A stretch of DNA of 47,533 bases from positions 1 through 47,533 of the forward strand of contig JAPKCN010000001.1 in the NCBI GenBank assembly GCA_028822945.1. The letters are read 5' to 3'. This DNA comes from Porticoccaceae bacterium (GTDB taxonomy: Bacteria; Pseudomonadota; Gammaproteobacteria; Pseudomonadales; Porticoccaceae). The position numbers were made by a program, and so were the translations under genes. The notes under the pieces are model-generated. The model saw only the letters and a list, made by a program, of their open reading frames with translations, was not told where the DNA came from and did no database searches. Below are positions 10,212-21,027 of the stretch, in pieces; the stretch's first letter is position 1; each line of letters starts with the position of its first letter.

Positions 10212-10266
10212 TCAAGATTGAGAGATTCTGGCAGGCGGCAAATTTTAGCAGCCTTCTGCGGCGGCA

Positions 10267-11313
10267 TCAGTGCTCGATTAAGTGCTTAATGCTCGTTGGC
10301 GAGAGTGGCGGCGAACCGGCTAAAGATAGCATTAGGGTGGTCAGCTCATCCCATATTTCAGCCTCTCGTAAGCCCTTGACGCCACGATCTACCGCACCTG
10401 CTTGGTACACAAGCATTCGCAGGTGTGCCGGTCGCAAGCGCTGTACTGCAGCGCGCATAATCGGTATTTGCTTGCGCCAAACCCCGGCCTGTTCGAGCGC
10501 CTGTTCGGCGCGTTCGCCGCGCGCTATGCGCCCGCTGGCGATCAACAACTTGCGTAATTCGCGAGTGATGGCCCATAGAATCGGCAGTGGTTGGCTACCT
10601 TCGCCGCGCAGTCCACGCAATGTACGCGCTACCGATTGGGCCTCTCCTGCCAGCATTTTATCAATTGCATCGAATAGGTTGTAGCGTGTGCTGTCGGCCA
10701 CTACCGCCGACATAACAGTCGCGTCAACCCTGCCGTCGAGGGCGAGTAATTTAAGTTTCTCGATCTCTTGATTGGCCGCCAAAAGATTCCCTTCGACGCG
10801 ATCGGCGAGCACTTCGACAGCACCCTGATTGGCATCGATATTCGCCTGTCGAAGACGCTCCTGGATCCACTTTGGCAGTTGTGCCGCGCCGATAGGCCAG
10901 ATATCGACATGACCGCCGAGCGCGTCGAGCGCTTTTAGCCATTTGCTGTTCTGGGCACTGCGTTCGAGCTTCGGCAATACTACTAGGAGGAGATCGTCGG
11001 GGCTGGTATTAGCAGAGATATCGACCAGTGCGCGCGAGCCTTTGTCGCCTGGTTTGCCGTTTGCAATGCGGATTTCAAGAATTTTCTTTGTGCTGAATAA
11101 AGATAGTGCCCCGACCTCGGCGTGGACCTGGTTCCAATCGAAGTTGGCATCCACATCGTATACCATGCGCTCTGAAAAGCCGCGCTGGCTAGCTATACTG
11201 CGCACCTGATCGGCAGCTTCTTGCACCAATAGGGGCTCACCTCCGCTGATCACATAGCTGGGTAACAGCTGTTGATCGAGGTGTTGGGCGAACTTTTCGG
11301 CTCTAATCTTCAT
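10267..11313 (-). CDS. holA: DNA polymerase III subunit delta
   Basis: GGEPLL, LSLFS and EGNLLAANQEIEKLKLL motifs; leuS-lptE-holA synteny; GGAG RBS. Confidence 0.95.
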   Translation of the reverse strand: MKIRAEKFAQHLDQQLLPSYVISGGEPLLVQEAADQVRSIASQRGFSERMVYDVDANFDWNQVHAEVGALSLFSTKKILEIRIANGKPGDKGSRALVDISANTSPDDLLLVVLPKLERSAQNSKWLKALDALGGHVDIWPIGAAQLPKWIQERLRQANIDANQGAVEVLADRVEGNLLAANQEIEKLKLLALDGRVDATVMSAVVADSTRYNLFDAIDKMLAGEAQSVARTLRGLRGEGSQPLPILWAITRELRKLLIASGRIARGERAEQALEQAGVWRKQIPIMRAAVQRLRPAHLRMLVYQAGAVDRGVKGLREAEIWDELTTLMLSLAGSPPLSPTSIKHLIEH

Positions 11314-11336
11314 TTTCGACGCTCCATCCAGCGGCG

Positions 11337-11831
11337 TTATTGCGCCTTTGGTAGCACGCGTAGTCGATTGATCACCTGGCGCACAATTTCGATCCGCATA
11401 TCACTTCTCACCGTGCGCTCCTCGTCACTCGATGCGAGCACGTCGCTTTCGGTAAATTCATAGACGCGCTCCACTGCGGCCGTTGCCGACTCCGAAAGCG
11501 AATCACCAGCGCTATTTAAGATAATAAAATCTACCTCTTCGTTGAGCTGGTACTCGGCCACTCGAGCACCTGAATTCATGCTGCTAGTGCGACGCACACG
11601 TCGATAATCGGTAATCACCACTGAGTAGTCGGGTTGCGCATTGCGGTTTACGACATCTACGCCATAGACTTTCAATGCCAGCGATAACTCGGCCAGCAAC
11701 TGCTCATTGGGCTGTTGCGATAGCAGGTGAATTTTGCCGACATTTTCAGGCACCACCTGAGCGTCGCGGAGTTGCCAGCCGCAGGCGGCTAGGATTAGAA
11801 CAAGTCCGATCAGGGCAATTTTTTGCAGCAT
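11337..11831 (-). CDS. lptE: LPS-assembly lipoprotein LptE
   Basis: Lipobox LAAC followed by GWQLR; lies between leuS and holA. Confidence 0.92.
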   Translation of the reverse strand: MLQKIALIGLVLILAACGWQLRDAQVVPENVGKIHLLSQQPNEQLLAELSLALKVYGVDVVNRNAQPDYSVVITDYRRVRRTSSMNSGARVAEYQLNEEVDFIILNSAGDSLSESATAAVERVYEFTESDVLASSDEERTVRSDMRIEIVRQVINRLRVLPKAQ

Positions 11832-11867
11832 GCACGGCCTCTTTTGTTGTCGAGTAATGCGCTTTTG

Positions 11868-14447
11868 TTAGTTTGCGACTATGTTTACCAACTTGCCTGG
11901 TATTACAATCAGTTTGCGCACTTCGAGACCGGAGATGAAGCGCTGGGTGTTGGGTTCGGCTAGAGCTAAGCGCTCAATCTGCTGGCGGTCGGTATCCACA
12001 GCAACGTCAATTTTGCCACGTATCTTACCGTTCACCTGAACCATTAATTGCACCGAACTGCGCGCCAGTGCAGTCTCGTCGACATCTGGCCAGAGGGCAT
12101 TGGCAACCGCCTCTGAGTGGCCAAGACGGTGCCAAAGGGAATGACAGATGTGAGGCGCAACCGGCGCCAGCAAAAGCACACTGGCGGACAGTGCCTCGCC
12201 GCGAACAGCGCTACTCTGAGTATCTTTAGCGGTCAGTTTGGCAACGCTATTAAGCAACTCCATAATCGCCGCTATGGCGGTGTTGTAAGTATTGCGACGG
12301 CCATAATCATCGCTGACTTTGGCAATCGTCATATGAGTCTTGCGACGTAGATCGGTCTGTGGCGCGCCTAGTGTCCTGCGATCTAAGGCTACGCCCGGGT
12401 CGTCGGCAATATGTTCGACGACCATTTTCCATAATTTGCGTAAAAACCGCGAAGCCCCGGCAACCCCCTCATCGTTCCACTCTAGAGTTTGTTCCGGGGG
12501 TGCTGCAAACATCGTAAACAGGCGCACTGTATCGGCGCCATACTGATCGATGGCGGCCTGCGGATCGACGCCATTATTTTTTGATTTTGACATTTTGGTG
12601 ATGCCGCCGCTGAACACTGGCTCACCGCTGGCGATCTCGCTGGCACTGATTGTCCGACCCTTGGCATCGCGAACGATGCTGACATCAGTTGGTGCGAGCC
12701 ACTGCTTGCGCCCGTCGCTCTCGCGATAAAATGATTCGGCTAGGACCATGCCTTGGCAGAGCAGTCGCTTGAATGGCTCGGGACTGCTAACTAAGCCGTC
12801 ATCGCGCATTAATTTATGGAAAAAACGTGCGTATAAAAGGTGCAAGATAGCGTGCTCTATACCACCTACATACTGATCCACTGGCAGCCAATAATTGGCC
12901 AGTTGCGGATCGAGCATAGCGTCGTCGACATGTGGGCAAGTGAACCGCGCGTAGTACCAAGAGGACTCCATAAAGGTATCAAAGGTATCAGTTTCGCGCT
13001 CAACTGGATTACCATCGAGTTCACTGCGGCGCCAGTTAGGGTCTGCTTTTAACGGTGATTGTAAACCGGTCATGGCCACATCTTCAGGTAACAGCACCGG
13101 CAGACGTTCTAGCGGTACAGGGATTTCGCCACCGTCGGGTAAATTGTACATTGGGATCGGAGCCCCCCAGTAGCGCTGTCGGCTGACGCCCCAGTCGCGC
13201 AACCTATAGTTTGTGGTTGCGGCGCCGAGTCCGCGCTGTTCGAGAGCCTCTGCGATAGCGGTGAATGCGGCCTCAAAAGAGAGACCGTTGTAGCTGCCCG
13301 AATTGATGAGTAGACCTTTTTCGGTGCTCGCCTGACCGTCGACAATGCCATCTACAACCTGTAATTTTGGCAAGGCATATTTGTCGGCAAATTCGAAGTC
13401 GCGCTGGTCGTGGGACGGCACAGCCATCACCGCACCAGAGCCGTAGTCTAGCAGGACATAGTTGGCAACCCACAGTGGCACCTGCTCGCCACTCAGTGGG
13501 TGTTCGACCCAGAGCCCGGTGTCCATGCCGAGCTTTTCCATACTAGCAAGCTCAGCTTCGGAGGTCTTTTGGTTGTTACAGTGCTGTAAAAATAGCTTTA
13601 GCTCAGGATTTTTTTCGCCGAGTTCCAGCGCCACGGGATGCTGCGGTGCTAGGCTCACATAGGTTACCCCCATCAGAGTATCTGGTCGCGTGGTATAGAC
13701 CTCGATGTAGCTATAGCCTGCTACGCTCGACGGCATCGGGAAGCGTATACTGACTCCGCGACTCTTTCCTATCCAGTTTCGCTGCATCGTGACTACCTGC
13801 TCTGGCCAGTCTTGCAGGTTATCTAGATCAGTTAATAGCTGTTCCGCATAATCGGTAATACGGATAAACCACTGAGGGATTTTTTTCCGCTCGACGCGCG
13901 TATCGCAGCGCCAGCAGCAGCCGTCGATTACCTGCTCATTGGCCAGGACCGTGGCATCCTTTGGGCACCAATTGACCGCGCTAGTTTTTTTGTATACCAG
14001 CCCCTTATCGTAGAGGCGGGTAAAGAACCACTGTTCCCATTTATAGTAACTCGGCTGGCAGGTGCTCATCTCTCGCGACCAGTCGATACCAAAACCGAGT
14101 GATTGTAATTGACCGCGCATGTAGGCGATGTTCTCCTGAGTCCAGCGGGCTGGCGCGGTATTATTTTGAATGGCGGCGTTTTCTGCCGGCAGTCCAAACG
14201 CATCCCAACCCATAGGATGTAGAACATTTTTGCCAAGCATGCGCTGATAGCGGGCGATCACATCGGATATGGTGTAGTTGCGCACATGCCCCATATGCAG
14301 TTTGCCACTCGGATAGGGAAACATCGACAGGCAATAAAATTTCTCTTTGCTGGGGTCTGCTTGGACTTCAAAGGTAGCTTCGCGAGCCCAGTACTGCTGA
14401 GCCTCGCGTTCAATCTGCGCGGGGTTATAGAGGTCGTTACTCGTCAT
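11868..14447 (-). CDS. leuS: Leucyl-tRNA synthetase
   Basis: [13 protein letters not shown] and KMSKS class I motifs; CP1 editing motifs TTRPDT and HDQRD; SRQRYWG. Confidence 0.99.
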   Translation of the reverse strand: MTSNDLYNPAQIEREAQQYWAREATFEVQADPSKEKFYCLSMFPYPSGKLHMGHVRNYTISDVIARYQRMLGKNVLHPMGWDAFGLPAENAAIQNNTAPARWTQENIAYMRGQLQSLGFGIDWSREMSTCQPSYYKWEQWFFTRLYDKGLVYKKTSAVNWCPKDATVLANEQVIDGCCWRCDTRVERKKIPQWFIRITDYAEQLLTDLDNLQDWPEQVVTMQRNWIGKSRGVSIRFPMPSSVAGYSYIEVYTTRPDTLMGVTYVSLAPQHPVALELGEKNPELKLFLQHCNNQKTSEAELASMEKLGMDTGLWVEHPLSGEQVPLWVANYVLLDYGSGAVMAVPSHDQRDFEFADKYALPKLQVVDGIVDGQASTEKGLLINSGSYNGLSFEAAFTAIAEALEQRGLGAATTNYRLRDWGVSRQRYWGAPIPMYNLPDGGEIPVPLERLPVLLPEDVAMTGLQSPLKADPNWRRSELDGNPVERETDTFDTFMESSWYYARFTCPHVDDAMLDPQLANYWLPVDQYVGGIEHAILHLLYARFFHKLMRDDGLVSSPEPFKRLLCQGMVLAESFYRESDGRKQWLAPTDVSIVRDAKGRTISASEIASGEPVFSGGITKMSKSKNNGVDPQAAIDQYGADTVRLFTMFAAPPEQTLEWNDEGVAGASRFLRKLWKMVVEHIADDPGVALDRRTLGAPQTDLRRKTHMTIAKVSDDYGRRNTYNTAIAAIMELLNSVAKLTAKDTQSSAVRGEALSASVLLLAPVAPHICHSLWHRLGHSEAVANALWPDVDETALARSSVQLMVQVNGKIRGKIDVAVDTDRQQIERLALAEPNTQRFISGLEVRKLIVIPGKLVNIVAN

Positions 14448-14494
14448 TCGGGGCCACTGTGCTGAAATAGTTAGGGTCTATGCCTTAATCGCCA

Positions 14495-14524
14495 AGTATA
14501 GGCGATTGTGTGACTAACTACCAA
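14495..14524 (-). promoter_or_regulatory. Candidate sigma70 promoter of leuS
   Basis: On the minus strand, TTGGTA (14524-14519)-N18-TATACT (14500-14495), about 48 nt upstream of the leuS ATG. Confidence 0.45.
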
Positions 14525-14545
14525 GTGCAAGAGCAACTTTGAAGC

Positions 14546-14574
14546 CGCCGTCGAACGCAATGCAGCCGACGGCG
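14546..14574 (-). terminator. GC-rich hairpin after the peroxiredoxin gene
   Basis: CGCCGTCG / CGACGGCG 8-bp stem with a 13-nt loop; weak U-tract. Confidence 0.35.
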
Positions 14575-14591
14575 ATGATGACTTTTTGGGT

Positions 14592-15146
14592 CTAACTAGG
14601 GATGCGCGCGGGGACCCCTAGCTCCTCAAGTTTTGCTGCCATGTCTTGAGCCGATTGCGCGGGGCGGACGTCTCGGTCTATGAATAAAATGGTCCCATCC
14701 TTACCAATGTAAAAGGTGTGTCGCTTCGCATACATGCCGAGGCTTAAAACCTCGTAGTCTCGGGCGGTCTGTTTGCTCGGATCGCTTAGCAACGGAAAGT
14801 CAGCTTTGTACTCTTCGGCAAATTCGCGGTTCTTTTCCACCGGATCAACGCTCGCCATAAAATATGCAACATCTAGGCGCTTGAGTAAATGGCCATTTTC
14901 GGCGAGCGACTTGCACTCTATGGTACAGCCGCTAGTAAAGGCAAAAGGATACCAAGCGATTACCACTGCTTGCTTGGCCGTCAGATCGCTGAGTTGGTAG
15001 GTTTTACCATCGCTGGCTTCGAGCCGAAAATTCGGCGCTTTGTCGCCCACCTCCAGCGCTGTCAGTGACATCGACCAGCCGATTAAGAGCGCTATTACTG
15101 CGTTGCACGTAATTTTTGTAATTAATTTTTTGATCATATTCTTCAC
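14592..15146 (-). CDS. Peroxiredoxin (BCP/AhpC-TSA family) with N-terminal signal-like sequence
   Basis: VGDKAPNF; peroxidatic motif PFAFTSGCTIEC (PxxxTxxC); FPLLSD; conserved Arg in KRHTF. Start is GTG 15146 or ATG 15137. Confidence 0.88.
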   Translation of the reverse strand: MKNMIKKLITKITCNAVIALLIGWSMSLTALEVGDKAPNFRLEASDGKTYQLSDLTAKQAVVIAWYPFAFTSGCTIECKSLAENGHLLKRLDVAYFMASVDPVEKNREFAEEYKADFPLLSDPSKQTARDYEVLSLGMYAKRHTFYIGKDGTILFIDRDVRPAQSAQDMAAKLEELGVPARIPS

Positions 15147-15149
15147 CTT

Positions 15150-16646
15150 TTATTGTTCCTCGCTTTTTGTTTTGTTTACTCTGCGTAGTAAAAGTCCGCC
15201 AAGAATCGCAAAACACATCAATATGGTTGGCCACGATCGCCAGCGTGAGAACACAGTCTGACCCGATCTGGGTTGTATTTCACCACGCAACTCCCCGCGC
15301 GTAAAGGGCGCGAGCTGACCCGTCACCCTGCCGCGATAATCTATAATTGCAGTCAGTCCGTTATTGGTGGCCCGCAGCATCGGTTTAGCATTCTCAGCAG
15401 CGCGCATCTGTGCCATTTGCAAGTGCTGTGGCAGCGCCAGAGAGTCTCCAAACCAACCATCATTACTGACTGTCAATAACATTGTCGCGCCATCGCTTAT
15501 ACGCGCCACCAAATCCGGATAGACCACTTCGTAGCAGATGGCTACCGCCAGTGGACGTTTATCGATCTGCAAAAGTGCTTGCTGGCGCGCACCGCGAACA
15601 AAGTTTGACATCGGCAAATCGAAAAATTTAATCGCACCACGCACTACGCTCTCAAGAGGAATGTACTCGCCGAACGGCACTAGTCTAGTTTTGTGATACT
15701 CCCCGCTTGCTGCGCCTAGTGCCATTACCGAGTTGTGAAATCCATTATCATCGCGCGTCGGAATACCAGTGACCAAGGCGGTATTAGCGTTTGCCGCGCG
15801 GGTGCTGACCTTAGTCAAAAAGCTCGATACTTGTTGCGGGGTTGCCGGTATCGCGGCTTCTGGCCAGACAATCAGATCGCGACCCCAATGCGGCTGCGAC
15901 TGTTGCTGCAAACGATCGAGAATAAGTCTCCGTCGATCCGCCGACCACTTTTGGTTTTGCGCGATGTTTGGCTGCACCAGCGCGACCGATAGCGGTCTGC
16001 CGAGTGGCTGTCCCCACTCTGCTTGCTTCAGCCAATAACCGCCGCCAACAAAGCTAACCAAAACTAGGCTGCACAGAGTGAGGGGTAGTTGACCGGCGTG
16101 ACCGCGTGCGTATTGAGCGAGACAGGCGGCGCTCATAGCGGTTACAAAACTCAACCAAAACACTCCGCCAATCGGTGCCCAACCGCCGAGCCAAGTGGAT
16201 AGGTGGCTATAGCCGACGAGCAGCCAAGGGAATCCGCTGAACAACCAACTGCGCAGCCACTCGCCGAGTACCCACAGCGCTGGGAAGGCGATCAGACTAG
16301 TCACCCAAGTTGGCGACATTGCGCTCCATAGGAGAAATGGCAGGCTGCTGATCAGAGCCATAAACGTACAAAATAGTCCGGTGGCCAACAGCGCCAGTGG
16401 CGGCGCTACAAAGCCATGCTCATGGATACTTATATACAGCCAGCTGACGCCACTCAGAAAGAGTCCAAGGTTGTAGCATGTTGCTCGCGCCCAAGCCTCT
16501 TTAAAGGGCTGCCCAGTCAATTGATAACACAGCGTGGCGAGACTTAACACGGCGATTGGCCAAAGGCTGTAAGGGGCTAGGGCGAGTGGCATTAGACTGC
16601 CGCTCGATAGTAACCATAGGCAGGCGTGCCGGTTGGCGACCTTCAT
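15150..16646 (-). CDS. lnt: Apolipoprotein N-acyltransferase
   Basis: GFPWLLVGY plus the nitrilase triad motifs WPEAA, YHKTRLVPFGEYIP and ICYE. Confidence 0.96.
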   Translation of the reverse strand: MKVANRHACLWLLSSGSLMPLALAPYSLWPIAVLSLATLCYQLTGQPFKEAWARATCYNLGLFLSGVSWLYISIHEHGFVAPPLALLATGLFCTFMALISSLPFLLWSAMSPTWVTSLIAFPALWVLGEWLRSWLFSGFPWLLVGYSHLSTWLGGWAPIGGVFWLSFVTAMSAACLAQYARGHAGQLPLTLCSLVLVSFVGGGYWLKQAEWGQPLGRPLSVALVQPNIAQNQKWSADRRRLILDRLQQQSQPHWGRDLIVWPEAAIPATPQQVSSFLTKVSTRAANANTALVTGIPTRDDNGFHNSVMALGAASGEYHKTRLVPFGEYIPLESVVRGAIKFFDLPMSNFVRGARQQALLQIDKRPLAVAICYEVVYPDLVARISDGATMLLTVSNDGWFGDSLALPQHLQMAQMRAAENAKPMLRATNNGLTAIIDYRGRVTGQLAPFTRGELRGEIQPRSGQTVFSRWRSWPTILMCFAILGGLLLRRVNKTKSEEQ

Positions 16647-17491
16647 CGGCTCTGTTTGCGCACATCCACCGCGATTATTTTGCGCAGATCGGCGGCGCTT
16701 ACTGTGAACTCAAAGTGTTCAAAAGCGATGGTCTCGCCAATTTCCGGCAAGCGGCCAAACGCACCGAGGACCAGACCGCCAACCGTGTCGCACTCGTCGT
16801 CCGATAGTCCAACATCAAAGAATTCGTTAAATTGCTCGATATCGGTGATGGCAGCCACCGAGTAAAGGTTCTCAGCAATTTTTTCGATTGGGTCCGATTC
16901 TTGCTCGTCGGTCTCGTCCTCGATTTCGCCGACAATTTCCTCGAGTATATCTTCGATGGTTAGCAATCCCGAAACACCACCATACTCGTCGACCACAATC
17001 GCCATATGATAACGGTGTTCACGAAACTCTTGCAGCAAAATATTCAGTCGCTTGCTCTCGGGGATAATCGTTGCCGGTCGCAGCATTGATTTGAGTTCAA
17101 AGGTCTCCTTGCCGGCAAGCAGCAGCGGCAGTAACTCCTTAGCCAGCAATATACCGGCGACGTCGTCAGACGATTGGCCGACCACCGGAAAGCGCGAGTG
17201 TTGCGATTTGGTGACTATGTCGAGGATTTCGTCGAGGCTGAGGTCGTCCTCGAGACTCACCATCTGCGAGCGCGGGATCATGATTTCTCGCGCCTGCAAA
17301 TCGGAGACCTTTAATGCACCCTCCATAATGTGCAGTGCGCTGGTATCGATGATCGACTCACTCTGGGCGCTGCGCAGCATTTCTGCCACTTCATTGCTGC
17401 TCGACGGTCGCGGGAAAAAAGCCCTTGCGCGGCGTTTGAACCAGGTGAGCAGTCGGTGGGTACGTATGCCGCTTTTATCGCTGCTCGTCAT
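16643..17491 (-). CDS. corC: CBS/CorC-HlyC domain protein (CorC/YbeX)
   Basis: IMIPRSQM, HSRFPV, VVDEYGGVSGLLTIEDILEEIVGEI; ybeY-corC-lnt synteny. Confidence 0.93.
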   Translation of the reverse strand: MTSSDKSGIRTHRLLTWFKRRARAFFPRPSSSNEVAEMLRSAQSESIIDTSALHIMEGALKVSDLQAREIMIPRSQMVSLEDDLSLDEILDIVTKSQHSRFPVVGQSSDDVAGILLAKELLPLLLAGKETFELKSMLRPATIIPESKRLNILLQEFREHRYHMAIVVDEYGGVSGLLTIEDILEEIVGEIEDETDEQESDPIEKIAENLYSVAAITDIEQFNEFFDVGLSDDECDTVGGLVLGAFGRLPEIGETIAFEHFEFTVSAADLRKIIAVDVRKQSR

Positions 17492-17964
17492 GGCGTAACC
17501 GCCCCCTCAATATAGGGAGCTGGATAGTTTAACCGCAACATGATTTGTGTTTCTAGAGCTTCCATGGTCTCAGCTTCGTCATCGGTGAGGTGATCATGGC
17601 CGAGCAGGTGAAGGATGCCATGCACCAACATATGGGCCCAGTGAGCCTCTTCGGTTTTGTTTTGCTCGGCGGCCTCGCGTGCCACAACTGGGGCACAAAT
17701 TACTAGATCACCGAGCATTGGCAAGGGCTCGGGCGTGACCGCGGCAAACGGGAAAGATAGAACATTGGTGGCCCCGCGGCCGCCGCGATACTGCTGATTA
17801 AGTGCTGCACTTTCGGTTTCATCGACGATTCTGAGAGCGACCTCGGTGTCGTCCAGTGTCCACTCTTGATTGACGAGAGCGGCTTTGATCCACCGTCGCA
17901 GCAGTCGTTCGTCGGGGCTGTCGGTTGCCTCACAGGCGCGCTGCACATCTATTTTAAGGCGCAT
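17488..17964 (-). CDS. ybeY: rRNA maturation factor YbeY
   Basis: TNVLSF, LGDLVIC and the HGILHLLGHDH zinc motif. Confidence 0.97.
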   Translation of the reverse strand: MRLKIDVQRACEATDSPDERLLRRWIKAALVNQEWTLDDTEVALRIVDETESAALNQQYRGGRGATNVLSFPFAAVTPEPLPMLGDLVICAPVVAREAAEQNKTEEAHWAHMLVHGILHLLGHDHLTDDEAETMEALETQIMLRLNYPAPYIEGAVTP

Positions 17965-17975
17965 CTGGGGACCGC

Positions 17976-18977
17976 TCAGAGATTGTTTTCATGCACGTCA
18001 TAGGCATCGACAATCGATTGCACAATCGGGTGCCGAACCACGTCGCGGCTCTGAAAATGGGTGAAGCTTATTGCCTCTATACCGGCGAGTACTTCGCAGG
18101 CATGCGCCAAGCCCGAGGATACGCCGCGCGGCAGGTCGATCTGGGACATGTCGCCGGTGATTACCGCAGTCGAGCCAAAGCCAATCCGTGTTAGGAACAT
18201 TTTCATTTGCTCGCGGGTAGTGTTCTGGCTTTCATCGAGAATGATATATGCCCCGTTTAGGGTGCGGCCGCGCATATAGGCGAGCGGAGCTATTTCGATA
18301 ATATTACGTTCCTGCAGTTTCGCCACGGTTTCAAATCCGAGCATCTCGTGAAGCGCATCGTAAAGTGGCCGCAGGTAGGGGTCGACTTTTTGTGCTAGAT
18401 CGCCGGGAAGAAAGCCCAGCCTCTCACCGGCCTCGACTGCCGGGCGTACCAACAAAATACGCTCGACTTCGTCGCGCAGCAGGGACTCCACCGCGCAGGC
18501 AACCGCCAGATAAGTTTTTCCAGTACCCGCGGGACCGACACCAAAATTAATATCGTGGCCTTGCATGGCGTGCACGTAGAGCTGCTGATTAACACCGCGG
18601 GGTTTTATGTTACCTTTCTTAGTCCGAATTATAGAAAATGTGTCAATCTCGGAATTCGCCGCCGGAGCGGTGACTCTGTCGGTCATTGGTTGCTCCATGG
18701 CCTGTTGCTGCAGCTGCAGATGAACATCCCTAGGCGACAGGTCATCGCACAGAGCAGTTTGTTGATAGAGTTGGTAGATGATTCTGCAGGCTGCCCGACA
18801 GACAGCCGCGGGGCCATAAAAATTAAATATGTGACCGCGGCAGCGGATATCCAAATCGAGACGCTTGGCGATCAGCTTGATATTTTCATCTAATTGGCCG
18901 CAAAGTATGGCTAGGCGGTGCGCGTCGATGGGCTCTAACGCAAGGCTTTCTGCGGGTTGGGCGGACAGTTGTTTCAA
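17976..18977 (-). CDS. ybeZ: PhoH-like ATPase (YbeZ)
   Basis: GPAGTGKT, RPAVEAGE, APLAYMRGRTL and DESQN motifs. Confidence 0.95.
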   Translation of the reverse strand: MKQLSAQPAESLALEPIDAHRLAILCGQLDENIKLIAKRLDLDIRCRGHIFNFYGPAAVCRAACRIIYQLYQQTALCDDLSPRDVHLQLQQQAMEQPMTDRVTAPAANSEIDTFSIIRTKKGNIKPRGVNQQLYVHAMQGHDINFGVGPAGTGKTYLAVACAVESLLRDEVERILLVRPAVEAGERLGFLPGDLAQKVDPYLRPLYDALHEMLGFETVAKLQERNIIEIAPLAYMRGRTLNGAYIILDESQNTTREQMKMFLTRIGFGSTAVITGDMSQIDLPRGVSSGLAHACEVLAGIEAISFTHFQSRDVVRHPIVQSIVDAYDVHENNL

Positions 18978-19136
18978 GTGCTGCTGTTTAACCTCGTAAA
19001 ATATGCTCCTATCGACAGCATAGCGCGTTACATTCAGACCGGTAAACTCTTTTAGAGATTGCGGGGCGATAAAGTTTTCAGGGGCTATCCAGTATCTGCG
19101 GCAGCCAGCAAAGGAGTATGCCCCATCGCCGAGACT

Positions 19137-20510
19137 TTAATGGCGAGAACAGAGGTCACCGCGCAGCGAATTTGGCAATGCCTCGGTTATTGTGGCGGTG
19201 ACAAAGTCACCAATTAAACTGTGATCGATCGATCGGAAATTGACCACTCGGTTGTTTTCAGTGCGGCCCTGTAATTGCCCGGGGTCTTTTTTTGAGATGC
19301 CGCTCACTAACAGCCTTTGATTGCTGCCGACCATGCGTCGACTGATGTTCGCAGCATGCTGGCTGATGCGTGTTTGTAGAATCAATAGACGCTGCTTTTT
19401 GACCGTCTCCGGTGTGTTATCGGGGAGGTCTGCCGCTGGCGTTCCCGGTCTAGCGCTATACACAAAACTGAAGGAGGTATCAAAGCCGATATCCTCAACG
19501 AGTTTCATGGTCGCGGCAAAGTCGCCTTCCGACTCGCCCGGGAAACCGATAATAAAGTCCGATGAGATACTGATGTCTGGCCGCTGGACGCGCAGGCGGC
19601 GAATCTTTGACTTGTACTCGATGGCGGTGTGACCGCGTTTCATAGCCATTAATATTTTATCGGAACCGCTCTGCACCGGCAAGTGCAAATGGCTGACCAG
19701 TTCAGGTATCTGGGCATAGACCTCGATTAGCGCATCGGAAAATTCGACCGGGTGGGAGGTGGTGTAGCGAATGCGATCTATGCCCTCGATATCAGCGACG
19801 TAGGGGATCAACTCGGCAAAGTCACATTGCGATCCGTCGGGCATTTCTCCTCGAAAGGCATTGACGTTTTGCCCTAGCAGGTTGACTTCGCGCACCCCCT
19901 GGTCGGCCAAAGCACTCACTTCGAGCAACACGTCTGCTACGGGTCGACTGACTTCTTCGCCGCGGGTGTAAGGGACCACGCAAAAAGTGCAATATTTCGA
20001 GCAGCCCTCCATAATAGATACGAAAGCTGACGGGCCATCGGCATCCGGTAGCGGTAGGCGGTCAAATTTCTCGATTTCGGGGAAGCTAATATCTACCACT
20101 ACACTGCCATCACGCTGGCGAGTGTGCATCATTTCCGGCAGTCGGTGGAGTGTCTGCGGCCCAAATACCAAGTCGACAAAGGGTGCGCGCTTGGCGATGG
20201 CAGCACCCTCCTGACTGGCGACACAGCCGCCAACACCAATAATTAAATCGGGATTAGCCGCTTTTAAGTGTTTCCAGCGGCCGAGTTGATGAAAGACTTT
20301 TTCCTGAGCTTTTTCGCGAATTGAGCAAGTATTCAAAAGAATGACGTCGGCTTCACTCGCGTCGTCGGTGGCAATCATCTGGTGGCTTTCACCCAACAGG
20401 TCGCGCATCCGCGACGAGTCGTACTCGTTCATCTGACAGCCGTGGGTAACTATATGCAGTTTTTTTGCCGGTTTTGAGGTCATTGGGTAGCCGTTTAAAG
20501 GCCTCGTCAT
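19137..20510 (-). CDS. miaB: tRNA i6A37 methylthiotransferase
   Basis: [18 protein letters not shown], radical-SAM CSKYCTFC and a C-terminal TRAM domain. Start trimmed to the ATG at 20510 (GGAGG upstream); 20483 is an alternative. Confidence 0.97.
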   Translation of the reverse strand: MTRPLNGYPMTSKPAKKLHIVTHGCQMNEYDSSRMRDLLGESHQMIATDDASEADVILLNTCSIREKAQEKVFHQLGRWKHLKAANPDLIIGVGGCVASQEGAAIAKRAPFVDLVFGPQTLHRLPEMMHTRQRDGSVVVDISFPEIEKFDRLPLPDADGPSAFVSIMEGCSKYCTFCVVPYTRGEEVSRPVADVLLEVSALADQGVREVNLLGQNVNAFRGEMPDGSQCDFAELIPYVADIEGIDRIRYTTSHPVEFSDALIEVYAQIPELVSHLHLPVQSGSDKILMAMKRGHTAIEYKSKIRRLRVQRPDISISSDFIIGFPGESEGDFAATMKLVEDIGFDTSFSFVYSARPGTPAADLPDNTPETVKKQRLLILQTRISQHAANISRRMVGSNQRLLVSGISKKDPGQLQGRTENNRVVNFRSIDHSLIGDFVTATITEALPNSLRGDLCSRH

Positions 20511-20522
20511 CGTTGGACCTCC

Positions 20523-20550
20523 ATTATAACTTTGCCTCTTTGATTGGCAA
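20523..20550 (-). promoter_or_regulatory. Candidate sigma70 promoter of miaB
   Basis: On the minus strand, TTGCCA (20550-20545)-N16-TATAAT (20528-20523). Confidence 0.55.
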
Positions 20551-20578
20551 CATAAAGAGGTGCGCAGCGGTGCGATTG

Positions 20579-20587
20579 TGCTATTAT
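20579..20587 (+). promoter_or_regulatory. Candidate extended -10 promoter for the DUF1820/gsp transcript
   Basis: TG-c-TATTAT, 28 nt upstream of the GTG at 20616. Confidence 0.45.
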
Positions 20588-20615
20588 TCGCATTCATACT
20601 CGTTAGAGAAAAACT

Positions 20616-20960
20616 GTGTCTGAAACCCCTGTAGAGCCAATTTACCGCGTAACTTTCTTCAACAAGAACGAAGTCTATGAAATTTACGCTAAGCACGTCT
20701 TTCAGAGCGATCTGTGGGGTTTTTTGGAGGTCGAAGAGTTTGTCTTTGGCGAGCGCACACAGATGATTGTCGATCCCGCTGAGGAAAAGTTAAAAACCGA
20801 ATTTTGCAACATCAAACGCAGTTTCATCCCGATGCAGTCGGTCGTGCGTATCGATGAGGTCGAAAAAGAGGGCACCTCAAAAATCACCGAGGCCAGCGGC
20901 GGTAATATAAGCCCATTTCCATATTCATCGATGGCGACGGCCAAACCTAAGAAAGACTAG
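20616..20960 (+). CDS. DUF1820-family protein
   Basis: [34 protein letters not shown] and [12 protein letters not shown] pattern; divergent from miaB. Confidence 0.8.
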   Translation: MSETPVEPIYRVTFFNKNEVYEIYAKHVFQSDLWGFLEVEEFVFGERTQMIVDPAEEKLKTEFCNIKRSFIPMQSVVRIDEVEKEGTSKITEASGGNISPFPYSSMATAKPKKD

Positions 20961-21027
20961 TTGCGCCACCGGCGCTATGGTTGCGTCGCGATCTCCGCGA
21001 CGGGCCCACGTGGATAGAGGATATGTT

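Noticed and set aside
14913-14930. Possible selenocysteine in the peroxiredoxin active site
   Set aside because: The two Cys codons of the GCTIEC motif are TGT and TGC; there is no in-frame TGA.
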